A stretch of 64,000 bases of DNA from Octopus vulgaris (lineage: Eukaryota): contig OX597827.1 of NCBI GenBank assembly GCA_951406725.2, positions 73,284,001 through 73,348,000 of the forward strand, in the 5' to 3' direction. Positions within the stretch are counted from its first letter, which is position 1, and each line of letters begins with the position of its first letter. Below, piece after piece: positions 1 through 64,000 of the stretch. Below the pieces are notes generated by a model. It ran no database searches, was not told the origin of the DNA, and saw nothing but the letters and a program-made list of their open reading frames with translations. A program made the position numbers and the translations under genes.

Positions 1-54427
<54,427 letters not shown>

Positions 54428-54921
54428 CTAGAACCAAAATATAAGAGTAAAATTGGAATCAGATATTATTTATATTGAGAATAATTTGAAAAGAAAGATC
54501 ATCAAGCGAGGAATTTACCATTTTAATAATTTGTCTAATTAAATAATCGGTAACACAATATGTACTGGCACTCCGCCGGTTACGGCTACGAGGGTTCCAG
54601 TTGATTTGATCAACGGAAGAGCCTGCTCGTGAAATTACCGTTCAAGTGGCTGAGTACTCCACAAACATCTGTACGCTTAACGTAGTTATTAGGGAGATTC
54701 AGCGTGAGGCAGGGCATAACGAGGCTGGCCCTTTGAAATACAGATACAACTCATTCTTTCAGCTGAGAGGACTCGGGCAATGTGAAATAAGTCGCCGGGA
54801 ATTGAACTCACGACTTTACGATCGTTATCCGAATACCCTAACCACCAAGCCACACGCCTTTACATTGATAACACAATGAGTTGATGGAATCAAAAATACA
54901 TATACGTATATGTACATAAGT

Positions 54922-55004
<83 letters not shown>

Positions 55005-55319
55005 TATAGATAGATAGATAGATAGATAGATAGACAGACAGAGAGACAGACAGACAGACAAATTTAATTGAAAACAAGAAAATTATCTTTAACAAGGTGG
55101 TGTATATTTCTGTGTCCGTATCTGTGGTTGTTTGCCTTGTGCATCATTAATGTGTGTAGTAACGTATGAATGTGCGTGAATGAATACTCAGGAACATCCA
55201 CTTCTCTCTACGTGGTACAGCAAACAGATATTGATAAAAATTTCAGACTGTTTTATGTTGTTTAATTTAATTCCAACTAGCTTTGAGATTAAAATTTTAC
55301 AGTGGAGATATTCTAGATA

Positions 55320-55541
55320 TACGAGGGTGGGCTGAAAGATTCATAGGACGACTATGAATGAGTGATGCTAGAGCTGTCTAATCTTGCATGCATTAATTTT
55401 CAACTCTACTTCTTAATATCTGTATTGTTTCCTTCCAGGTAAACTGACATCTGACTGTTCAAAGAAGACTTCAAATATTACTAATAGCGACTTATCTTGA
55501 AAATGGACAAAATTTGACACTGTGCTGTTATCAAATACATT

Positions 55542-55612
<71 letters not shown>

Positions 55613-55890
55613 AAAGATGGAGAGATGAAAAGACAATAGATGGAGGAGAAGCACCCCACCTCCTCTGCTTCCAAGGTGGCCTAGGTCGTTACACATGCAG
55701 CAAGGTGATGGTTTCAGGTTTTCAGGATGCAAAGGTATTGTATTTATTGACTATTTTTGAAGGGGCTGACACATAAATGGCGGGTACTATGCCAAGTTGC
55801 TGAGGCAGTTACAAAAATGTATGAAGACTAAGCGCTCAAGAAATCTGACGAAAGTTATTTTGTTTCATCAGGACAATCGTCAAGCGGACA
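55320..55890 (+). mobile_element. Degenerate mariner transposon interrupted by (GA)n
   Basis: TACGAGGGTGGGCTGAAA end; QDAKGIVFIDY..INGGYYAKLLRQL..LFHQDN motifs. Confidence 0.72.
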
Positions 55891-56179
55891 CATCTTTCTG
55901 TATGTAAGTGTGTGTGCGTGTGTGTGTGAGGAAGAGTGATGTCTAAGTGGCACTCTCTCTCTCTCTCACATCACACACATGCATACATAGATACAAGAAA
56001 GATGTACGACTATTATTTACGTATGTATGTATATATGACAATATACCCCTCATTCTCTCTTTCTCTCTCTCTCTCTCTCCCTCACACCCCACACACACAT
56101 CCTCTATTTCCTCTGTGGTTTGATACTGTATGTATATATATATTGTGTGTGTGTGTGTGTTTGTGTGTGCGGGCAGGGT

Positions 56180-57060
56180 TCTACAATCGTCAGAAAATAG
56201 GAGAGGAATTTTCTTTCTTGATGCTCCTGGTGACACACGTAAAAAGTTTTGAAACATTACTTCTCCCCAAATAAGGCAAAAAAATATTTGCTGTTACTGT
56301 ACCATTGTCTGGGTTTGCTGCCACCATTCTCACAGGTGGACGAACAGCTCATTCTGCTCTTAAATTACGACTAAACCTCGTGACAACTGACAGTCTAATT
56401 TGTAACATAAGCAAAGATGGAGGTTCAGCAGAAGTGTTGTGCCGATGCCACCATATCATTTAGGGTGAACGCACCATGTCACATTGAGGTGAAATGGAAG
56501 CTCTTGGTAACACCTTACAGGACATCAGAGGCAACAATAAATTTATGGGAGAAATACAAATCAGTTACTTCAGTCCTTGATGAAAATCAAGCTGTCCATT
56601 ACCCAACAGAGTTCCTTAATTCTCTTGAGCCACCTGGAATTCCTCCACATAAACATTTTCTAAAGGTAGGAGTCCCAATAATGCTTCTATGAAATTTAGA
56701 TCCTCCTAAATTATGCAATGGGACAGGGTTGATTGTGAAGACATTGTCACCTAATGTGACAGAAGCTACCATCATCACTGGATGTGCCTCTGAAGAAGAG
56801 GTTTTCGTTCCAAGAATTTCAATCAAACCAACAGATATGCCCTTTGAGTTCGAACGAACACAATTCCCAGTGCGACTTCCCTTTGCAATGTCTGTTAATA
56901 AAGCTCAAGGTTAGTATTTGAAGTCTACTGGCTTGATTTTCTTATAGTCAAATTCTTATGGTGAAATTTGCTCCAGTGTAGGCAGTTTGCAAGACCTATT
57001 TGTCTATCCTCCAAACCAGAAAACAAAGAATATTTTTTACCTAGAAGCTCTTACATAATT
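56180..57060 (+). mobile_element. Helitron Pif1-helicase relic (internally deleted)
   Basis: [51 protein letters not shown] and QFPVRLPFAMSVNKAQG motifs. Confidence 0.88.
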
Positions 57061-57122
57061 TCCTTCAACTAATGTGGTAGAATTTATCTTCTTGCATAAA
57101 AGTGGCAAATTTTGTACTTTCG

Positions 57123-57203
<81 letters not shown>

Positions 57204-57756
57204 GAGTGAGAAAGCAGTGCATGCCATCAAAGTGACACTGGGGTAAAATATACAAAGCCCAGTATACCCATCATGATTACCAGTCTGATAAGGGTACACC
57301 AGACACATGCATCACAACCATCTGTACCCGACATAGTGATCTGATATCAAGATATACAGGTGGGGGCCTAGTTAGAATTTGTTTCTAGTTGAGTAACCCT
57401 TCCTGCTCAAAAGGTCCCTGAATAAGGGTTGTTTAAGGATGTTGAACGAACCACCCATGTTTCCAGATGTGAATTATACAAACCTCCAAGGATTCCTTTC
57501 AACACACGGCTATGATGCTCCCCCACTACTTCTGCTTGTGATCAGAGATGCACGTACAGTCAGCCACTAGAGGACATGCTCAACTGGTTAAGGTCAAACA
57601 ACTGACAAGCAAATCTGTGGAATTGAGCAGAATATTTGCTGTAGACCATCATTTTATACCAAGACAAAACAATGTGCATGATAACACTTCCAATCAGTTA
57701 AGATCAGAAGCCATGAGAGCCACTGCCTGGTACTGCATCAGGGCATACACTGCATC

Positions 57757-57848
<92 letters not shown>

Positions 57849-58393
57849 TTTCCTTTTCTCTTCAAATTTTTCTACCGTTTCTCGCCGAGAGAAGCAGAGA
57901 AGCTCATTCTCTGATTACTTACGCAAATTCACAGGTACTTTATTATTATTATTATTATTATTATCATTATTATTCCGAGATACTCTTTTACTTGTTTCAG
58001 TCATTTAACTGCGGCCATGCTGGAGCACCGCCTTTAATCGAGCAACTCGACCCCGGGACTTATTCTTGTGTAAGCCCAGTACTTATTCTATCGGTCTCTT
58101 TTGCCGAAGCGCTAAGTAACGGGAACCTAAACACACCAGCATCGGTTGTCGAGCAATGCTAGGGGGACAAACACACACACGCATATATATATATATACAT
58201 ATATACGACGGGCTTCTTTCAGTTTTCGTCTACCAAATCCACTCGCAAGGCTTTGGTCGGCCCGAGGCTATAGTAGAAGACACTTGCCCAAGGTGCCACG
58301 CAGTGGGACTGAACCCGGAACCATGTGGCTGGTAAACAAGCTACTTACCACACAGCCACTCTCCCAGGCAACGCCGTGTGCCTTTCCAAGTAT

Positions 58394-58426
<33 letters not shown>

Positions 58427-58427
58427 A

Positions 58428-59900
58428 GGACCAAAAGAGCTTGATTCAAATTCGTTGGTACTCTTGAATTCTAAGCACGTTACTAGTCAGCCATTTTGAA
58501 TTTGAATGGCAAGTCGATCGTTATTACCGTGAGATGGGCTGCAATTAGTCTCGTGATTTGATATTGGTTAATGTGTAACAGTTAGCTGGAAAATACCACT
58601 TGGCGAACAGGAAATTGACCATGTGGAGGGCAGGAAATAGACAAGAAGTCGGTCACGTTGTTGGCCGGGAGGAGGAAGTGGTGGCATGCACAAGTCTATA
58701 GCTCTCCATGTGGGTGTGTAGATGCGCTCATGTAGATGCGTCATATATAGACGTAAAACAAGCGTCGAAGATTGGAAAGCACTGGGAATTGATAAGCATT
58801 GGGGTTGGAATGTGGTGAGAGTTGGCAAAGGTTGGGAATTTGTAAATGGCTGCCCTGCTCATAGGGTTGATTGGTAATGGTGACCTTGATACAGGCGGTA
58901 CAAGGTAGCAGTTGTTGGTAAAGTGGTATATCCAGGTTGTCGGCTGTCAGAGGGCTGAAATTTACCAGAAATGAATATCTCTCCTGACAACAATACGATG
59001 AATCGTATTTCTTTCTTTATAGATACTGAGGGTTCCTGGAGGATATGCAGGTTTTTACCGAGGCAGAGCTGGCAGATGGGGGCCCCGGTTGAATATGGTG
59101 GGGCTATGTCGACAGTATTCACCGTAATGCTGGGTATTTCATCTCGGAGATCACGGACTCTCCAGAGAAAAACAGACAGAGAAGTAGAGTTCCCACTGTC
59201 CCTGGATCTGAACGAGTGCATATACAGGGAGTATGTTCCCTTGGAGTCAGTAGCTGTCATACCCGTATAGTACCTAGTAAGGCCATCGGATGGAGTAAGA
59301 GTTGCTCTCTATACTACGACCCTTGAGACAGAAGATCCTTCTGAAGGGCATGTGGTAGTGTTTAGGAAGTAGCAGGTTGGGGATGGGGCAGGTGAGGGTG
59401 CATTTTTACGTCTGAGGATGCGTGCGGTTAGATGTGTGTGTACATATGCGTGTGTATGTGCATACGTGTTTGTTTAAGCACGCACGTGTATGTGTGTGTG
59501 CAAATGTGCGCGTGTGCGCCTATGTACAAATGTGCTCTCACGCATCAATATACCCATGTACACAAAACTATATGAACGCTTCTACACACAAACTTATAGA
59601 ACTATATACTTGCACATGCCGCCACTTCTTACTAACCGCCAACAACCTGACTGACTTCTAGTCTATTTCGTGCCCTCCACGTGGTCAATTTCCTGTTCAC
59701 CTTGCGGTATTTTCCAACTAACTGTTACCCGTATACCAACATCAAAACACGACACCGCGTGACCTTCCTCCACCAATCGCAGTCCACCCTACACTAATAA
59801 TAATCAACTTTTGTCATATAAATTCAAAATTGCTGACGACTAACATCGTGCTTGAAACTCTAGAGTACCAAGGAATTTGAATCAAACTATTTTGATCCAT
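58428..59900 (-). mobile_element. Old Penelope-like fragment (GIY-YIG C-terminus) between about 240-bp inverted repeats
   Basis: HMPFRR..STTL and APPYSTGAPICQLCL motifs. 58428-58665 is an inverted copy of 59637-59900, with a hammerhead-like motif at 59830-59870. Confidence 0.65.
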
Positions 59901-59962
59901 ACTTGTAACTCCCAATAAATTGGTTGAATGCCTTTTATTTCTCTGTCCACTTATTCGTATAT

Positions 59963-60056
<94 letters not shown>

Positions 60057-60729
60057 GGTTTGTATGATTGTGTAAAGAGGAATATATAAATCAAATTCCA
60101 ACCTAGTCTGATTTTAACGTTTTACCATATAAAATATTTAGAATTTCACAATATTATAATAACAGAATATATATTTGTTGTGATAGAACTTGTACTTTCA
60201 TGCGTTACGCAATCATCAGGTTTATGCAGTAGTTGTGACAGTCGTGTTCCACAATTGACAACGCTAGTGAAATGATTCACCTATCCTTTAAATAACTTCC
60301 GATTGGCTCCAGAAGACTGAATCTTACGAACTGTGTTTCGACCAATCAGTAACTAGCTAAGATATCATGGTTTAGTGAGTGCGCCAACTAAGTATTAGCA
60401 GTATTTAGATCAATCAGTATGTGGCTTAGATGTCATGGGTTAGTAGTTGTGCCAACTTGGTTAGCAGTTATCACGCTTTATTCATCGAAATAGTTTAGGT
60501 TATTGGTGAGCGCCGTGGTCGTCTCGGTTTGGTGGGCACGTCAAGGGTTCCTTATTTTGACCGCAACTAAAGAAATAATTGTTTGGCTGTATTGAAGAAT
60601 GTTGTCAATAACATCCCTCTTTTCATTGAATTCTCTTGCTACGATTCCTACAATTTTCCAGAAATTTTAGATTTCAATCAAATCAATGTTAATATGCGTA
60701 ACACTACCAACACCATCACTTGAGTCGTG

Positions 60730-61730
60730 TAGTTTGTAGAATTATTCACATTATACACATTTTCTGACCACATGTTGCTAGAATGTTGCTTAAAGGGGTC
60801 TGATAGGCATCAGGGTCTCTGATTTGTTGTTGGTACTTATGTTTGCGTTCCGATAATTCATTCCAGTCTGACCAACGTATTTCTCTTCACAATTCGGTCA
60901 TCTGATGCAATAAATTAAATATCTGCTTTTGTAGTTCCTATTTGCATTGACAAATATTCTTCGATTACCATTGCATTTGGATACAACGAATGAATCATCA
61001 TTGTTGTTTAGCTCAAACTTTGCCTTTGTTAACAAGTGTGTCAAACTTTCGTCTGTCTTTTACTTAGAATCAAAGCTAGATCCGTGATTCTGTTGTGTCT
61101 GAGGAGAGTCATTTTCTTTTTGTGCTTTATAATGTAACACACTCACCAGTAAAATTTCCAATTATTTCTTATTTTTATTTTCCCAAAATTTTTATTTTCC
61201 TAAAAGTTTCGTTGCGTCTTGCAACCTTTTCAATATTCTTCAAGACAATTGAAAATTTTGCAAGACGCAACGAAAATTTTAGGAAAATAAAAATAAGAAA
61301 TGATTGGAAATTTTACCGGTGAGTGTGTTACATTATAAGGCACAAAAGAAAATGGATCTCCTCAGACACAACTAAATATGCTTCAACACACGAACTCATA
61401 TAAAGAATCTTGCAAACCAAATCCCAAAACGAAATAGATCCGTGATTATATCCTTTAATTCGTTCCTTTGTGCAAGTTTGCTAGTTTACTGCATCAAATG
61501 CCCGAATTGGGAAGGAATAAACGTCGGTCAGACTGGGAATGCACTATCGGAACATTCACATGTGCACCGACAGCAAATAAGGGATCCTGTAAGCAACCTT
61601 CTGGCTGCATGTAGTCAGAAAATGTTTATAATATTCCTATTCTACAAATTACACATCTCAAGCGAAGTCGAGAGAAAAGGCAGAGAAAAGAATTTCATTG
61701 ACAAATTCAAACCCGTTTTAAATGGACAAC
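60730..61730. mobile_element. Two divergently oriented GIY-YIG relics around a central 280-bp palindrome (61094-61371)
   Basis: LVYCIKCPN..VGQTG..HRQQIRDP on the plus strand and LIYCIR..KYVGQTG on the minus strand. Confidence 0.7.
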
Positions 61731-61743
61731 AACAACAACAACA

Positions 61744-61808
<65 letters not shown>

Positions 61809-61857
61809 CATCAACAACAACAACAACAATAATAATAGTTACGGTGATGATAATTAT

Positions 61858-62445
61858 AATGGTTTCAAATTTTGGCACAAGGGCAACTATTTTGGGGGAA
61901 GGGATGAGTCTATTACATCGACCCCAGCGTTTCAAGTGTAATTAATTTATCGACCTCGAAAAGATGAAAGGCAATGTCCCCCTCAGCGGAATTTAAATTT
62001 AGAACTTAGTAACAGGCTAAATACCTATTTCTTTACTACCCACAAGGGGCTAAACACAGAGAGGACAAACAAGGACAGACAAACGGATTAAGTCGATTAT
62101 ATCGACACCAATGCGTAACTGGTACTTGTTTAATCGACTCTGAAAAGATGAAAGGCAAAGTCGACCTCGGCGGAATTTGGACTGAGAAAGTAGCGACAGG
62201 CGAAATACCTATTTCTTTACTACCCACAAGGGGCTAAACACAGAAGGGACAAACAAGGACAGACATAGGTATTAAGTCGATTACATCGACCCCAGTGTGT
62301 AACTGGTACTTAATTTATCGACCCCAAAAGGATGAAAGGCAAAGTCGACCTCGGAGGAATTTGAACTCAGAACGTAGCGGCAGACGAAATACCGCTAAGC
62401 ATTTGGTTCAGCGTCCTAACGATTCTGCCAGCTCACCTCCTGACT
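61858..62445 (-). mobile_element. SINE with about 184-bp internal tandem triplication (family also at about 185-400, 4360-4460, 10690-10890)
   Basis: Repeated AAAGGCAAAGTCGACCTCGGCGGAATTTG unit; B-box GTTCAAATTCC on the minus strand. Confidence 0.7.
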
Positions 62446-63199
62446 GATGATAATATTAATAATAATAGTGGTAAGTACTGCTGTTATTACTACTACAACT
62501 ACCGTGACTACCATTAACAACAATAATAAACGTGACTGTAATATATGCTTCATTCTAAATCTGTATTTTCTTTATCACTTTGCTGGTTTGTCCCTCTCTC
62601 TAATGCAGTGCCGCTGCGATTTTAACTGTGATGTTTTATTCCACATATTTTATTTTTGTGCTCTATTCTTTGCATCTAATATTCCATCATCTGCTATTCT
62701 TGAATTCTTCCCTTTGTATTTTTTTCAACATCTCTTCCCATTTCTTTTTCCCTTTTCTTTATTTTTCCTTTTCGTTATTTTTCCATTTCTTTATTTTCCC
62801 TTTTCCCTTTTCTCTTTCTTCTTTTTTCTATTTCTATTTATTCTATTTTTCTTTTACTGTTTCTTTTTCTTTCTTTCACACCCTTTTCGCTTTCACTTCT
62901 TTCTCATTTTCCTTTTCTTCCTGTCCAGTTTCTCTTCTCCCGTTATCAATTCTTTCCTCATTATCACACCCCGTGATTAAAAATCTATATATAAATGCGA
63001 AAACCTCATTAATCTTCCTTTCGTAGCTTCTCTGAATATCCTGTGCACCTACGTATAAAGCCTCCCTACCATTTGTAGCCGGTAGAGCACTCGACATGTT
63101 CGGAAACTATTTGGCCAAAATGATGGAGTACATCCAATTGCGCAATGATTGAAAATGTCCAGAATCACTTCTGTTCAATAATATTGAAAGCACATCCAA

Positions 63200-64000
63200 T
63201 GAAGAAACCAGCCACAGTACTTATTACAAGATTAACGACGAGGGTCAAGGTTTAGTATCACAACTGGGCATAACAGGCTGAGCTGAATGTCTGAAACGAC
63301 ATTAACATTAACGTCTGCTAAAAGACCTCAAAGACAACTTCATCAGTAGCCTGAAGTGTAGATTCATTGAACGTATGAATTGTGAATTGGGATAGATCAG
63401 CAAAAGGAACCTCGACAGTATCAATGCCAAAATCAGAACGTCCGCTGAACCTAATGGAACTGTAGCCACATCATTCAGTTGTTCAATAACAAAGAGGATA
63501 AACACAGTCATGAGTTTATGCAGCTTGTACAGTTTTACTCATCCATATCCCGAAAGCTTCTGCTCCGAGCGTTTGAATTCGATAAAATGTTTACTTCAAT
63601 CTCGGAAATAGACATCAATGTTATTCTTAAAGCCGCGAATCACAGTTATTACACGATAACTCATTTGAGTGAAGAAGCAAGGAGACGAGATTTTGGACAC
63701 CCCATGGACAGCTTTGATTGCGCTGAATGTGCAGATCTTGTTAAACTGTCGTCGCTGAGAATGCTTAGGGATGAATTATCAAGCGTTCACCTCGGACTCT
63801 ATCGTAACGATGAGATGTATATAGACAATCTTTGATACAGTAACACAAAAATCATTAATAAGTATTTTCAATAATTTCGAACTCAAGATAACAGTCATGA
63901 CTAATCTGATGATCTTGATCTTACTAGATCTGACTCTAGATCTAAGCAATGGCTTAAACCGAGCATATAAAAAGCCAAGTAAAGATGACATCTACATCAA
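63200..64000 (+). mobile_element. Diverged Penelope-like RT relic
   Basis: FYSSISRKLLLRAFEF..PMDSFDCAECADLV..GLYRND..LDLTLDL aligns with the RT at 23850-24310. Confidence 0.75.

Noticed and set aside
60126-60201. Signal-peptide-like first exon MKVQVLSQQIYILLL*YCEILNILY
   Set aside because: In-frame stop and weak donor, so it is not called as a feature.
61858-62445. CRISPR-like array
   Set aside because: Eukaryotic context; these are whole-unit tandem repeats of a SINE with no unique spacers.
62447-63026. Phe/Leu-rich ORFs resembling membrane proteins (also at 46265 and 50506)
   Set aside because: They come from low-complexity pyrimidine tracts.

Overview
AT-rich, microsatellite-saturated animal genomic DNA. 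The SINE/Penelope/RTE/Tc1 repeat landscape resembles Octopus; this is an inference from repeat appearance, not a search result. Nearly all ORFs in the supplied track are microsatellite or transposon artefacts. The real host gene is spliced, lies on the minus strand (<1..54427) and was assembled by hand from GT-AG exons. It encodes the C-terminal half of an F-type lectin/discoidin-like domain, nine intact MEGF10-type EGF exons plus two decayed ones in an alternating 129/135-bp phase-1 cassette, a transmembrane exon, juxtamembrane exons, and a classical tyrosine phosphatase domain with intact NRY, WPD and HCSAGVGRTG motifs. The gene runs off the left edge and its 5' exons were not found. Its introns hold two near-identical dead Penelope-like elements, RTE/CR1-like LINEs, Tc1/mariner and Helitron relics, a solo LTR and many SINEs. 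The most striking feature is a set of at least seven sequence-distinct minimal type I hammerhead ribozyme motifs with palindromic stem III. Two of them carry the compensatory U3-A8 core. One sits in a 364-nt tandem unit, and one has an empty site in a duplicated block, which points to a retrozyme-like system riding on Penelope elements.
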